Source of the DNA: Sphyrna mokarran
Taxonomy: Eukaryota
Length of the DNA: 64,000 nucleotides
Direction: 5' to 3'
Assembly (NCBI GenBank): GCA_024679065.1
Contig: JAGIQG010000009.1
Location: 67,022,001 to 67,086,000 of the forward strand
Shown: one piece after another, positions 12,101 to 25,975 of the stretch
Numbering within the stretch: the stretch's first letter is position 1
How the letters are laid out: each line of letters opens with the position of its first letter
The notes under the pieces: model-generated
Database searches by the model: none
Seen by the model: only the letters and a program-made list of their open reading frames with translations
What the model was told of the DNA's origin: nothing
Translations under genes and position numbers: made by a program

Positions 12101-13449
12101 CTTAGTTCATACAATATCAATTTGTTGTTCCCTCTGAAACTTGGTATTCTTATAATTCTCTCCAAATGAGCGCTAGAAATAAAGCTTTCGGCAGCTTGTC
12201 TCTTTGTTTCAGCTATGTTCAAGTTACGGCAATTTTGCAGCTCTCGCTTGAGGCTTTTCCATGCCTGGTGAATGCAGTGTAACTATGACACAGAAAAAGG
12301 AAATATTTTTTATCAAGAGCTTCCATTTAGATGATGAGGCTTCAGGTCAACCTACATATAACAAGCTGCTCTGAAAACTCTGCTCATAATTTGATAGCTG
12401 TGACAAATTCCACCGCAACAGCTGAGACAGTGCACAACATTCGAAAACAACTGGCAACATTCTAAATCAAACAACCCACAACATTCTTTAAAAAAAAGTC
12501 AATTCCCCTTGTCTCTAGTTGTTAACGGATGCTTTATAACAAAATCCAAGATCAAAATCCACATCATCAACAAAAACTAATCAGTTCCTTCTACCTGTTT
12601 ATCAAGTTTCATTGAAATCCATCCAATAATGGTAGAGGTGATAAGTGACCCGATCATTGCATATGTTAATATTAATCCAAAGTGGAGCAGTGTTTAATAT
12701 CTGTTTTCCAAGTCAATACAGTGGTTGATCATTTCCAAGCAACAACATATTTTTATTCATTCCATCTGTTAACAATTTTCTTATGTTTGTAATAACCCCT
12801 CATCATGATATTTATCATTGAAAATGATTACACAATGTCTGTTGTTTCTTGAATTGGAGAACAAATCATTGTAAGGACAGATAGCCATGTTTACCGATGC
12901 CAGCAAATGTTGGATAGGCAGACTGCAGGGAAGACGCCAAGGGAAGATTGGAACTGTCAAAGGTTAAAATTAAATATGCACCACAAGAACATTAAATCTA
13001 ACACAAGACACATAATAATGGCAGATCACTCCATCACATGTTGATATTGTGACTTAATAGTCATAATAATCTTATAATTACATACTACTAAGATCAACGA
13101 TTTTGCAAAGTAAAAAGATCATATTTTGAAGGTCATATGAATGGAATCAACACTAGTTTTGCATGTTTGACACTCAAAATTCTATCACTTCTATTCCAAT
13201 ATCATTTGAACTAAATTTTATGAACATTTACCTATGTTAAGCAACTAGAAAATTCACATAATATATTCTAACAACGATACTAGTGCAAAGGCAAATTATA
13301 AACACAACCAGTAGCTGTGCACGTGCCTGAGTGCATACAGAGTGGAAATAGTAAGAAATTTATTTTTGCTGAATAATACTTACCAACCATTCAAGATAGG
13401 CATAAAGTGAGAATTACATATTGCAAACCACCTGTGATTAAAAAGCTGA

Positions 13450-15000
13450 AGAGTGAAGAGCAAAGATTGCCCCATCTCCATTTTAAATCTCCATTTTAAA
13501 TGGGTGACCCTTTCTTTTAAACAATGACACCTAATTCTAGATTTTCCAACAAAAGGATTTATCCTCTCTCATCAATCCTGTCAATATCCCTCAGAATGTT
13601 TTATGTTTCATTCAAATCACCTCATACTCTTCTAACTCCAGAGGATACAAGCTTAGCTTCTCCAACCTTCCTCACAAGTCAATCCAAACATTCCAGATAT
13701 TATCTGGTAAATCTTTTCTGAACTGCTTTCAAAGTATTGGCATCTTTCCTTAAATAAGGTGAGCAATATTTTGAGGTACTCCAAATATGATCTCACTGGT
13801 ACCATGTACAACTGAAGTATAACATTCCTATTTTTGTAATCCATTCACTTTCCACTACATGATAACATTTTATTAGCTTTCCTCATTACTTGCTGTACCT
13901 GCCCACTAGCCTTTTATGATTCTTACACTTGGACACCAAGTTCCTCTGCACCTCAGAGCTCAACGATCTCTCACTATATAAATAATATGCTTTTTAAAAT
14001 TTTTCCTGCCAAAATGGGTGATTTCATATTTTGCCACATTATAATCTCTTTTCCAGTTCTTTGCCTACTCATTTAACCTAACTATATAGTTTTATAGCCA
14101 CCTTATGTCCTCTTCACAGCTTAGTGTAATACTGTGACTTTTAAGAAATATATCATTTTTCTTGTGAGGAGTATGTTTAAAATTCAGCTCTGTTTTTCAG
14201 TGTGATGGTTTGTCTAGAAAAACCTTTAAATTAGAAGCTGGGAGAACAAGATAAGCATTCATTTAGACATTGAATGTGTATTTAAGCAGAGCTAATATAT
14301 TTGTGTTTATTTAGGTCCCCCTCGGGTTTCAGTGTAGTGCTTTGAATAGGTTAATTGACAGAGACAGAATCATGTGCTTAATGGAAGGTGCTAAGCTTTC
14401 ATTTTCATATTAAAATTAGCAGTTGCTGCGTGGGCTACCATAAGAAAGTACTCTCCCTCTCTCTCTCCCTCCCCCCTCCCCCCCACCACCACACCACCAC
14501 CTCCCCCCCCCCCCCCCCCCCCCCCCCCGCCCCCCCCCTCCCGCCCCCCCTCCCCGGCTTTTTGAAAGCTCCAATGCCTGGTAATATAAGCAAAAGCAAG
14601 TATGCTCATTAATTATAAAGTGAGGTTTAAGTCGATAAGAGAAGTATTATATGATTAGAACTCATAGGTTAGCAGTTAACAGTTGTGTTTTATTATGTTT
14701 AAGTATTGTTTGATAGTTAAAAATTAAGCTAATCCATTTGTTATAATTAAACTACTTATTTGTTTTTAATAAAAGATTCCCAGTGTGTCAGTGGAATTGC
14801 TTCTAGAGTGAAGCATCTTATCCTCAATAACACCAAAAGATAGGAAATTGTTGGGGTCTAGTTTGGCTTCACAATATGCCATAAAATTCCTGATCTGGTA
14901 CCCTAATGTCACTTTCTTATTTAGCTTCATGTCATCAGCAAATTTCCCAACCATCTCTCCATCCAAGGCGTTTATATAAATTGTAAACAGTTGAGATCCC
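13450..15000 (-). mobile_element. CR1 LINE fragment (RT to 3' region) interrupted by a solo LTR
   Basis: Minus-strand DYKNRNVILQLYMVPVRSYLEY and VGKFADDMKL (FADD motif); colinear across 14126-14909. Confidence 0.75.
14126..14909 (+). mobile_element. Solo LTR (~780 bp) containing a C-rich run
   Basis: Starts TGTAAT, has AATAAA at ~14768, and cleanly interrupts the CR1; C homopolymers at 14455-14555. Confidence 0.55.
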
Positions 15001-15226
15001 TCAGTTTATCCTTCATAGATTCTTGGAATCATCATTTGATCTTTAACACATTATGGACATTAATCAGAACTCAAGCCTGGTTTGGCCAGAGAATTACATT
15101 TATGCTTTATTAGAACAACACCAGTTAAAGGACAAATTGCCAGAAGATTGACATGTTTTAAGAGTAGGATGCTTAAGTAACTTGGTGCTTGTGCAATCAT
15201 GAGCTACTTTGGCTTTTATGCTTGTT

Positions 15227-15262
15227 GTGTGTATGTGTGTGTGTGTTTGTGTGTGTGTGTGT
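15227..15262. repeat. (TG)n microsatellite
   Basis: Directly visible. Confidence 0.9.
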
Positions 15263-15699
15263 AGCACTTGAACCAGAGGGCAAGGTTTTATTGCAAATGT
15301 TTTTGCTATAATTTTGTAAGCATTTGTTCTCCTGTGTAGTAAGTTCCAAGTTTTTCTATCTGAATCTAAAGATGATTTTTGTTTGTATAGAATCTTAGAG
15401 TAGATTTTCAGAGTCCCAATATTAGTGGAGAAGCCAGATAAACAGATGAAAGACATTTTGAGTTACTCCACTGTAGGAGATGACTCATTTCTCAACTTTG
15501 TGACGCTTTTGACATTTTTACTTAGGTCCACGAATCCTTTCTTGAGAAATATAAATCCACAAATTTGTGCTAAACACAGATTAATAATCTGTGTGTGGTT
15601 TCCATCAGCATTGCCGGCTACTTACATCCATATTATCATTAAAATTGTTTCATAAAGAGATACATGGCCAAAAACGTGGTAATCCCATAAAAATCTTGC

Positions 15700-16230
15700 A
15701 AAATCATAGCATAGTGACAGCACAGGAGGACGCCTTTCAGTCTGTAGAATCCATTCTGACTCTTCACAAGGGCTAGTTAGATGACCCATTCCCCTCTTCT
15801 TTCTAACTCTGCAATTTTATTTTCCTTTCAGATACCTATCCAATTCTCTTTTGAAAGCAATTAATGAATCTGTCTCTGCCTTCATCTCAGCTTGTGCATT
15901 CCACGTCCCAACCATTCATTGCATAAAGAAATTTCCCTTTGTTACCTTTGCTGCTTTTGCCAATCATTTTAAATCTGCGACTACTGATTCTCGTCCCTTC
16001 TGTGAATGGAAACTGTTTCTCCTTCGTGATTTTGAACATCTCTGCCAAATCACCACTTGACCATCTCTGCTCTGAGGAAAACAATCTCAGCTTCTCCAGT
16101 CCATCTAAGTAACAGAGGTCTTTCATTCCTGGAACCACTTTTGTAAATCTTTTTTATCTTTTCTATGCCACCCTAAAGCTTTCACATCCTTCCTAAAGTG
16201 CAATGCACAGGATTGAACATATTGAATAGA
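15700..16230 (-). mobile_element. CR1 3' end
   Basis: VPGMKDLCYLDGLEKLRLFSSEQRWSSGDLAEMFKI. Confidence 0.8.
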
Positions 16231-16239
16231 ATTTTCCAA

Positions 16240-17812
16240 TTTTTGCAGTAAAGTGTGGTGGTGGGTGGCTCTGATAACACATTTCCTGCTGGCAAGAATA
16301 GCAAGATCCTGCATCAGATTCTGCATTCGCAACCTCATTAATTATGCACAAGCGAGCTCCCCTCTGAACCATTTGGTGGGCCTGTAGCCAATTTACCCAA
16401 GCTGACGTGTTTGAAGGTCAGTGCCATATTTAAATGCTAGTCCCCACACTCCTATCATTCTCCGGCCCACCTGTGTTCACTACAACCATGCAGGATGTCA
16501 GCAACACTGAGGCAAAAGGATAGCAGCCTCATGAAGAAATCTGTTTCTCCATTCAACAACCTTCTCTCCAAGCCCATCACCTGAGAGGTGCCCATGACCC
16601 ACTTGGCCCTCTCTTCACCCCTCCTGGAGTCCTTATCCATCCTCTCCTGAAAACAACATGATATTTCTTTGACCTCCTCATTTGTGAGTGTTTCATGCAA
16701 CCTTCTTTCCCTCCAGCTTCTCTCCCCTTGGTCATGGTGGCACAGTAATTAACACTGCTGCCTCACAGTGCCAGGGGCACAGATTCAATTCCCAGCTTGG
16801 GTCACTGTATGTGTGGAGTTTGCACATTTTCCTCGTATCTGCATGGTTTTCCTCTGGTTTCCTTCCACAATCTAAAAGATGTACTGGTTAGATACATTGA
16901 CAATGCTAAATTCTCCCTCAGTGTACCCAAACAGGCACCAGAGTGTGGGGAATAGAGAATTTTCACAGTAACTTCATTAGTCTGAATGTAAGTCTATTTG
17001 TGACTAATAAGTAAACTTTTTTCTATCCCTTTAATTTTCCCCCTACCTTCCATTGTTCATCTTCTTCATCCACCTTCTTGCTCTCTGCCTGCACCATCAC
17101 CCTTCGCCCTCGCCCTACCTCCATATTAGCCACCATGACTTTGTCAGGCCACCAATCCCACCTCCCCTCACTCCGACCCCACCCTGACCTGACCATGCAC
17201 TCCACCCCAGCTGAAATTTGAACTTTTGTTACGGTGGTTGCATGTGTCCCACAGCCCAGTGCTGTCCAAATAGATGCTAATGTGTGACACCACAGGGGAA
17301 GGAAACCTCTGTAACTCCCCAATGCCAGGCACTGTATTGATCCAATTCAGGTGGTTCATGGGTCCAGCAGCACAGTGCTATCTATGAAGCCCAGCTCAGC
17401 ATGGAAACGGAGACAGGAAATGGTCTGTCCTGGCAGAGTGATGTTCAGTGTGGTGGAAGCAGCACAGCACTAAGGCAGAAAGGATTCGCTACACTTACAT
17501 CAAAGTCTCTTGTGAACTGAGGCCTGCCTTGTGAATGCCACTCTTTATCAGTTGGGTTTTTGCCAGACATAATTTTCCATTGGCATGACATAATATTGGA
17601 AGGCTGTCAGGACCCTGCTGGACAGATGATTTGATGATTATTCATGAGATGGTGTTCACAACACCAGGAGGTGAGAAGACCAATCCGCCATTAGCCTGCC
17701 ATTGGGAGAACTATAATGTGATCTTACACCATGGTTTTTTTGACTCCCATTAGGTTCTCCACTACTGCCTGTCACCAAACACACCACAGGCAGATGGTCA
17801 AAGTCCACCCAA
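16240..17812. mobile_element. Harbinger-derived non-autonomous element, degenerate, containing a V-SINE
   Basis: Harbinger-MITE-type subterminal motifs (CTCATTAATTATGCA, GCCATATTTAAA); ends GGTCAAAGTCCACCC. Confidence 0.4.
16735..17020 (+). mobile_element. Full-length V-SINE, alternative-tail type
   Basis: Head GGTGGCACAGTAATTAACACTGCTGCCTCACAG, V core, tail TTTTCACAGTAACTTCATT...TGTGACTAATAAGTAAAC. Confidence 0.8.
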
Positions 17813-17843
17813 TATTCCATAAGACCATAGGAAAGAGGAACAA

Positions 17844-18006
17844 AAACAGAAAATGCTGAAAACTCTCAGCAGGTCTGACAGCATCTGTGGCAAGCGAATT
17901 GAGCTTTGTTCTCTATTCTCTCCCCGCAGATGCTATCAGACTGCTGAGATTTGCCAGCATTTTCTGTTTTTGTTTCAGATTCCAGCATCTGCAGTATTTT
18001 GCTTTT
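17844..18006. mobile_element. Palindromic Penelope-like terminus insertion with ~20-bp TSD
   Basis: Arms 17839-17890 and 17924-17974 are inverted; flanks ACCATAGGAAAGAGGAACAA (17824) and ACCATAAGAAATAGGAACAA (18007). Confidence 0.7.
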
Positions 18007-18400
18007 ACCATAAGAAATAGGAACAAGAGTGGGCCTTTCAGCCCTTGAGCCTGCTCCACCATTTAATAAGATCGTGATTGATCTAACACTCACTAAATTC
18101 ATTTTCCCGACTTCTTTCCATATTCTTTAATTCCTCAATAAATTGGAAATCTATTGCTGTCAGCTTTGAAAATGTTCAAGGACTCGGCCTCCTCAGCTTC
18201 CTGGAGTAAAGAATTCCAAAGAGAAGAAATTCTTCCTCAAGTCCATCTTATATGAACCCTCCCCCAACTTTTCCTGCAAGTATGCCCTCGAGACTTACAC
18301 TGTCCCATGAGTGCAAACGTCCTCCCAACATTTACCCTGTTTAACCACTTAAAATCTTAAATGTTTCAATCATTTCACCTCCTTCTTCTGAACTTCAAAG
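18007..18400 (-). mobile_element. CR1 3' end
   Basis: CATAAGAAATAGGA...CAGCCCTTGAGCCTGCTCCACCATTTAATAAGATC is the reverse CR1 tail. Confidence 0.8.
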
Positions 18401-19372
18401 CATTCCTCTTACGGCTGAACCAGAATTTTGTATTGAAACTAAATCAGAGTTTCTGAATTGTGCCAAAGACTTCTAATGAAGGATATATTACAATAAAACC
18501 CAAATTCCTTTGATTTAGGGAACAAGGGAAAAGTAGACTTGGGCTAGGGGTGGAAGTAAGGAGTTCAAGATGAAAACCACTCTGCTAGACTTCTCTCTCA
18601 CTAAAATTGTCCTTTAAGTTCCAGTAGGGAGCCATATATGGTACATTTCCTTGCACCTACTGCTGGAATTGATGATTTTTGCTATCCAGAGTAATTCCAG
18701 CTTTGTTTGGGTGAGAGCTGACATGAGATCTCTGGAGGCTGTCAGCTCAAATAACCTATCAAAGGAATGCAATATTATCTTTCCTGGGAAGCCTGGTGGT
18801 TTCACACAGAGTATAAGAGATAAAAAAAGGAAGAGTTTTGCTGCACCTCCAGGATAAATGTACCCAACATTCCAACTTTGTGGTCTGGGACACACAGCAC
18901 TGATCTGTACTTACAGGCACAATAAGCCTGCCACAGCAAGCGCAAATATCACAAATTGTGTAAAACATGAACGACATTCCCATTTTCCTTTTCCATAAGT
19001 TATCACTGGTGCCCAATTTTTCACACAACAGGACCTGCCAGAATTATACATTTTTAGTTTTGCAGTACATCACATAATACAATTAGGTAATTAAAACTGA
19101 TCTTAAAATAATGTCAAATGTCCCCTATATTGACATGGGAATTATAACATTGATGTTACTATTGTGCATAATTCTATTAAACCATTTAGTACACCAAAAT
19201 GGATATAATTTGTAGGCAGTGGAATATTGGTACCTATGCTGTATTTCTTATGCTCAGTGTTACCAGGTTAGCACAATTATATTGTTCCCCATCTTGAAGT
19301 TACACAGTGATTCCTTGTGAATACCAACCCTGTACAAGGAAACCCAGAATTCAAACACGATTCAATTATAAC

Positions 19373-19500
19373 ATGATGTGGAGGTGCCGGCGTTAGACTA
19401 GGGTGGGCGCAGTAAGAAGTCTCCCAACATCAAGTTAAAGTCCAACAGGTTTGTTTGGTATCACAAACTTTCAGAGTGCTGCTCCTACATCAGGCGAGTC
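19373..19500 (-). mobile_element. Penelope-like terminal repeat with a hammerhead-like remnant
   Basis: ATGATGTGGAGGTGCCGGCGTT...AAGTCCAACAGG; minus strand reads CTGATGTAGGAGCAGCACTCTGAAAG. Confidence 0.75.
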
Positions 19501-19651
19501 ACCTTATTGGCAAATACAATAAAAATTGCAGTGGGAAATTAAAGAAGGAAGTAAAAAGATCATCTTAAAAATTATCAGTGAAATATTCTGTTGTACATTA
19601 GATTTTCTTTCAAGAAAAGTAGAAGTGAATAAGTAAGGTTGGTACGAAGCA

Positions 19652-19970
19652 AGGTGGCACAGTGGTTAGCACACTTCTGCCTAACACTGTCAGGGACCCA
19701 AGTTCGATTTTGGCCTTGGGTGATTGTGTAGGGTTTGCACATTCTTTCTGTGTTTCCTTGGGCTTCCTCTAGGAGCTGTGGTTTCCTCCCACAGTTCTAA
19801 GATGTACGGGTTAGGTGGATTGACCATGCTAAATTTCCCGTTCATGTCAGGGGGACTAGCTAGTAAAAATGTGGAGTTACACGGATCAGGCCTGGGTGGG
19901 ATTGTGGTTGGTGAGGAATTGATGGGCTGAAAGGCCTCCTTCTGTACGGTAGGGATTCTATGGGATTCTA
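19652..19970 (+). mobile_element. HE1-type V-SINE
   Basis: GGTGGCACAGTGGTTAGCAC head; tail GGCCTCCTTCTGTACGGTAGGGATTCTATG. Confidence 0.85.
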
Positions 19971-20558
19971 AGGTGATTATCCCATTTATCTCCATATTTT
20001 TCTTTTGCAAGTCACAAACTTCTGCATCTCTTTCCAGGTGGTTGTAATAGTCAGCTCCCAACTGACCTGGCCTGTAATGTACTGCTTTGCTGATCTTTGT
20101 ATCAAATCACCAAGGCAAGTTGTGACCTAGTCTCTCATTTCTGAAAGTCCTTCTTTCTAAAATGCTGTCCATAAAAACTTCCAGTTTTTGACCAGTGAAA
20201 GAGATTTTTCACTGAGTCATTCTTTACAAGAGTTCTCCACATGTTGCAGATGAAAGAGCAACATGAGACATGTGACAGCAATGTTATTAAAGGTTTGCAG
20301 TGATTGGCTTGTTCCCTTTTCTTTCTTTCCTGCTGCAAAATTCACAATGCCAAAATAATCTTTTGGGCAGCAAAATTGCACAACTTTGTCATTTTGCTTC
20401 CCTTTCAGCTAAATTTGGCAACTTTTCATAAGTAGACATGTCTGGATGAAAAATAAAGTAATTCAACTTTAGGTATTTCTTCAGAAACGTGTTTCATTGG
20501 AACACTGCAAGGCCACAAGATATGGATCCGATCAATATGGGCAAGTATATGGAGATAT

Positions 20559-20662
20559 AGGCTGGAATTTTACCGTCTCGCTTGTTGTGGAATTGGGATG
20601 GGCGAGGCTCTCAGAATGGAATTCTCCATTCGAGCTCTGACTGAGATCGTAAAGTCCTGCCC
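20559..20662. mobile_element. ~100-bp MITE
   Basis: TIRs GGCTGGAATTTTAC / GTAAAGTCCTGCCC. Confidence 0.65.
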
Positions 20663-22094
20663 ATTGTGTGATCAAGGCATTATAACTTGGCTATTAGCTT
20701 CCCGTTTGGTCACTGTTAGACCACATTTGATAGAATGTAAAGGAAACATCAGTTGATTGTTGCTCCTTGTTGAGTTAATCTATAAACGCACATTTTAAAC
20801 TAAATTAGAATAAACAAGTCATACCTGTACATGATACTTGAATCAAATACTGTGGCTTAATTTCTTTTTGTCATACTAAATACTAAACAAATTTACTGAA
20901 TGATTTCCTGTTTAGTTCTTTAGGTATGAGTAACATGGGAAATTGTACCAGAAGTTACTGAAAAAAAATGCTCAGTTCAATAATGTGTCTGCCGTTAATC
21001 ATGTATTAAAATCCCCAGCAATTTGTGGTGAAGAGAAGATGCTTCATTAGTTGCAAATCACCACAAGTTATTGGAAATTGTGTGCTGTTTGCTATTAATC
21101 TTGCAAAAATAGTGATCTGTGTTTTTGGCCAAGTCAAATGGACCTCTAGGCATACAGCAACAGTAATATCAGCAAGTAAGAAATCAACCATTTACACTGA
21201 AGTATTCCTACAAGCAGCAAACCAGGAAGTTAAAAGTGTTAATTTAAAATTTCAGATGGCAAAATAAATGATTATGATTAGAAGCCACAATAAAGGCAAG
21301 CAAACTTAAAAAAATTGAAAATGCAGAGAAAATGCAAATCATTTATAAATAAATTATAAAATTATAATAAAGAAATTTATTATTGCAAAGTATAAAATCA
21401 ATATTTCAGAAAAGAGTGGCTAGCAGTAGTTATGGCATTACTATGCAGTTTAAAGCTAAAATGCAGCTCATCCCACAAGGTCTTTGAGGGCTTTTATAAT
21501 GAGACAAATAGTATAAAAAGAGTGGAAGTTATTGTCAATTCTGATGTCTGGAGGCACCTCTACAGACAAGTGTAGGATCACTGACAATAACTTCTAGGTA
21601 TTTGTTTTATTCTTTGAATATGCAGACTCCAAAAAATACTCTGAAATACAATAATGGTGCCAAAATTTGACAGTTGGATTGCTGTTACCACTTTAAATTT
21701 GGGCCATCTTTAACTCCGCCACGAGGTTCAAAAATTGCTGCATTTATGCTGTAAATACAAGTGAAAATCACTGCACATATTCAGGGCTTTCTCATGTTCT
21801 AAGGATCGTATTAAACTTAGCTTCTCTGGTTCAAGACTGTAGCACCTCATTCTTGCAGGTAAAAAAAAATGTTCTGTGAGGTCTCAGAAATTATAAATAT
21901 TATGCGTTAAAATTATTTTCTTACTTTTCCTTTCTGCCTCCCTTCCTCTCTTTGAAATCCAACCTTCCTCCTCTTTTTTGTTTTTCTTTCTATTCTTATG
22001 TTACTGCATTAAACTCAATTCCCTTATCTGTTGTCCACTTTGTTTTTTTCTTCATCTTTAAAATTAATTGCTTAAGGAGATGGACAATATTACT

Positions 22095-22530
22095 CCTCCT
22101 TAAGATGCTCCTAAAATCTATCTCTTTGGCCAGGTTTTTGCTTGTCTGCCCTAATATTTCCATCTTTGCCTGACTGTACTCCTGTGATGCAGTTTCGGAT
22201 ATTTAATGCTGTTAAAGGTGCTATATAAAACCAATTTATTGTTACTGATGAATGCTGCTTTGTCAGAGAGCCCGTCCTTCTGATAAAATGTTATAACAAA
22301 GCTCCAAGAGTAAGAAAGTCTTCTTGGTAAATGGGGCCCACTGCAATCCCTTAGACAAAATCACAAGAGCAGATTAATTGATCATTTATTTCATTTCCAT
22401 TAGTGGGAGCTTGCCATATGTAAATTATCTGCTAAATATGTAAAAATCACAGCATGACTTTATTTCAAAAATAATTCATTGGCTATGAAATTCTTTAAGA
22501 TTTTGTGAAATTTGCTGCATAAGTTAGTTC
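22095..22530 (+). mobile_element. L2 3' tail followed by a Deu-SINE 3' half
   Basis: CCTTAAGATGCTCCTAAAATC...AAAGGTGCTATATAAA, then AGATTAATTGATCATTT...GTGGGAGCTTGC. Confidence 0.55.
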
Positions 22531-24189
22531 TTTCTATTCTACTGCACTGGTAGAGTAAAAGAATTAACTTACGCAGCAATACTAAATTCCTGTTAAACCA
22601 TGTTTTTGAATAATGTGGGTAAAATTACTAGTGCACAATGGCAGCTATGTGTGCCGTTTACTAAATATATTGCAGCAACTTGCCAAGGCTCCCTTGAAAA
22701 CAGCTCACAAAACCTGTGACATCAGCAATCCTGGAAGGATGAGGGCAACAGGTGCATGGGAACAGCACTACTTCTCCAAGTGAGCACCATCCTGTCTTGA
22801 GAATACATCAATGTTTGGTTATGAATGTTGGATTAAAATCTTGGAACACACTGCCTAACAGCACCAAGGGCATATCTTCATCAAAAAGGCAGATCGAGAA
22901 CAATTTGAAAGGGGAAGTGGATACCAGTCTTGCTCACACCATATGAACAAATACAAAAACAAGTTGTTGACTTACATTTTGTTCACTGTTTAGCAGTTCA
23001 AAATTGACACTTGGTTAGCTTCTCTGAGACTGTCAGTGTACCTCTGTTTATACATAGGCTACTCTACCTGGTTTCCAACCATTCACCCTATCCACAATGC
23101 TGTTTTACATAATCAAGTAAATAGGGCCCAATTTTAACTTACTTAAAGCCAATTACTTGGCACAGAGTTAAAATAAGACTTTGTATATATTTTCTTCTGA
23201 TATTGTGACAGCTGTAAGCTCTTAGTAAGAGGGTGACTGATAAATTCAACCAGAGCTCAGCACCAAGGGATATAAGCCACACTAGAGTTCCGACATCAGA
23301 TGTTTTAATCCCAACCACAAAAGAAAGAAAAGGCCAACATAAATGGAATGATTTAGATGCTTGGGAAACAGAGGCCTTTGGAAAGATTCTGTCAATGAGT
23401 TTGGTTTCTGTGAGCTACTGTCAGTTTTCATGAAAGCTGCGCAGAAGCATTTGGCTTCCTGTCCTTTGGAGATTAATTTCCAACCGATCAACTATGTTGT
23501 GGATCATGGAGATCAGTGATTCACCTCTTTTCTCAGAACATTAGACCTCCATTGCTGCATTGAGCAGATCTGTTGGATGCTTTATTTGAACCATATTTTC
23601 TTTGTTTTGACCTACTCAGCAATCACCATATATAAGACAAAAAAAATAACCACAATGTTAACTTTAGATGAGCTGTGGGAGAAATTGGACTTAGACGGAG
23701 GCACAAAACAAGTAGAGTTGCTTTTACTGATTGTTATAGAACAGACAATACTGAGGAAACTGAACATCACAGGAGAGGAGTATGATGGAAGGTGGGGGGT
23801 GGGGGTGGCAGGGGGGAGGTGGTGAGGAGTGGGATGAGGGGATGGGGGCGGTGGGTGTTTGGGGCAATGTGAGGGTGGATGTATAATGGATGTATGATGC
23901 AAAACTGCCAGTATTGTATCCTTGTCAAATGTTCATAATCACTTTCATTCATTTTCAACCCATCCATGTCCAATATCACCCTCATCCATTCTCAACTAAT
24001 CACGCTTTACACTGTCTCCAGGACAATATCCTTGTCCCCACCTTGCAGACCATTGATGCTTCAGTAACAGCTGATAACATTACACATCACCTTATTCTCC
24101 TGTCTGTGGTTTTCGATTTTGTATTTCTTCCTACTTAATATCCTGGTCGCTTCAAATATATCTGGGCAACATTAGCACAGTGCAGTTGG

Positions 24190-24432
24190 GTGGCACAGTG
24201 ACACAATGGTTAGCACTGCTGCCTCACAGTCCCAGGGACCAGCATTCAATTCTGGCCTCGGGTCACTGTCTGTGTGGAGTTTGCAAGTTCTCCCATATCT
24301 GCGTGGGTTTCTACCAAGTGCTCTGGTTTACTTCCATTCTCCAAAGATGTGCGAGTTAGGTTGATTGTGGTCAGTGCAGACTCAATGGCCAAAAAGCCTC
24401 CTGTTGCATCGTAGGATTGTAAGATTCTATGA
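24190..24432 (+). mobile_element. HE1-type V-SINE, internally deleted
   Basis: GTTAGCACTGCTGCCTCACAG head, V core, GATTCTATGA tail. Confidence 0.8.
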
Positions 24433-24589
24433 TCTTTAGAGTGGTCATGTGTTTTTTGTGGAACAGGCTCAGTTGGTACTTATAGAAATTAAATTATAAG
24501 TTGGTTGTTTTTGAAATGGCAAAAGAAATGTTCACATTGGCCTAAATATATTGCTTAGTCTGTTTGGCAATTTCTTCTACCACTCATTG

Positions 24590-24800
24590 GAATAGTGTTC
24601 TTTCCCTGGAATTCCCTCCTTAAACCACTTTGTGACTCTGCTTTCATCTCTTCCTTTAAGACCATTCTTAAAAGCCAATTATTTGGTCAAACCTTCAGTC
24701 ATTCCTCCTAATACCTTGGTTCAGTTCCATTTTTGTTGATTTAGGTTTGTTTGAGATGTTTTTCTATATCGATGTGCTATATAAATGTATGTTATTCCCA
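24590..24800 (+). mobile_element. L2 3' end
   Basis: TGGAATTCCCTCC...TCCTTTAAGACCATTCTTAAAA...GTGCTATATAAATG. Confidence 0.55.
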
Positions 24801-25299
24801 CAAAAATCATGCAGGATCTAATTTTATATCTTAGATTAGTCTTGCATCTGCTAAACTAGTGTCAACTTAATGTGATTTAGCATTTACCCTTAATACATAT
24901 TGGCCTCATTGAATATGGTGTGGATGCAGTGCAGTGCTAATGCTGCATTGATCTTTGGGCTTTTGTCAAATAGAATACATTTAGGATATATTCTGATTAT
25001 GTAGAACATTTAAATTGGAAGAGGTCTCATTTCAATGGGATGAAAAGGAATCCTGCCAGGGGAAAACTGGAGCCAAAGACTGACACAAAAATCTGTAACG
25101 GAACAATGGCTGATCTTTAAGGAGATTCAGGTACAGGATAGGTACATTCCAACAAGAATGTAAAATATGGGAACCAAAAACAGAGCTCCTTGGATGACAA
25201 GGAAGGATTATAATGAAATAAAAGAGTTGTATGGGGCATGAATTCTTCGAGTGAAAATCAGGTCAAACAAAATGGTTGGAATTTTCTCATAATTTGGCA

Positions 25300-25975
25300 G
25301 ACTGGCACAGTGAGCAGGAAAAATGGGAACATAGGCCACCGGCCTCAGAAGTGGCTTCCTCCACCATATTGTGAGTCTCTTAGTCAAAATAAATGTGAGG
25401 CACAGGTCCCAAAATCTCATGCTGGCAGGGAAAGCTCAGATTCAACCCGCCATGCCAGTAAGTTAGGTTTTTAAGGGCACCCTGATTAAATAAATAAAAA
25501 CACCCTCTCCCCTTTTCCTAACCATGGAACTCCCCCATGCCTCCCCCAAACATGGAATTTACCCATGCCCTTTCTACCCCAGAGAGCAATCCCCTACTCC
25601 AGCACTGCTCCATGGCATTGCCGCAGTACCAGGTAGTGCCCGGGCATGACACTGCTCTCCCAGTGTCTATACTCACCCGTATACCTCTGGTGGCTTCTGC
25701 TCACCATGTACACATCATGGAGACCTCTTGTGATTCACGTAGCCGTGAACGGACAATCCAGTGATGGGGGGAAGGGCCGAGACAGGAGACTATCAGGTGT
25801 AACAGGCCTGATAATTATATTTCAATATATTTAAAAGGAGATCCCAGTTTTCATTGCGGGTGGGGTCAATTTAACGGGAAATTCTGCTGGCATAAAAGCT
25901 GTCTTGTGACTGCAGCAGGATTTTCCTCCCCCACTGCCATTCCTGCCCCCCCCGATTGGATTCATCAAGCACAGA
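25300..25975. mobile_element. Harbinger-like MITE between CR1 ORF2 fragments (~25020-25290 plus, ~26040-26580 minus)
   Basis: MITE-type motifs ending CTGCCATTCCTGCCCC; flanking CR1-like EQWLIFKEIQVQDRYIP. Confidence 0.45.

Noticed and set aside
14388-14612. Proline-rich or glycine-rich ORFs (also 38266-38613, 39635-39856, 23612-23902)
   Set aside because: They are translations of C/G homopolymer or low-complexity runs.
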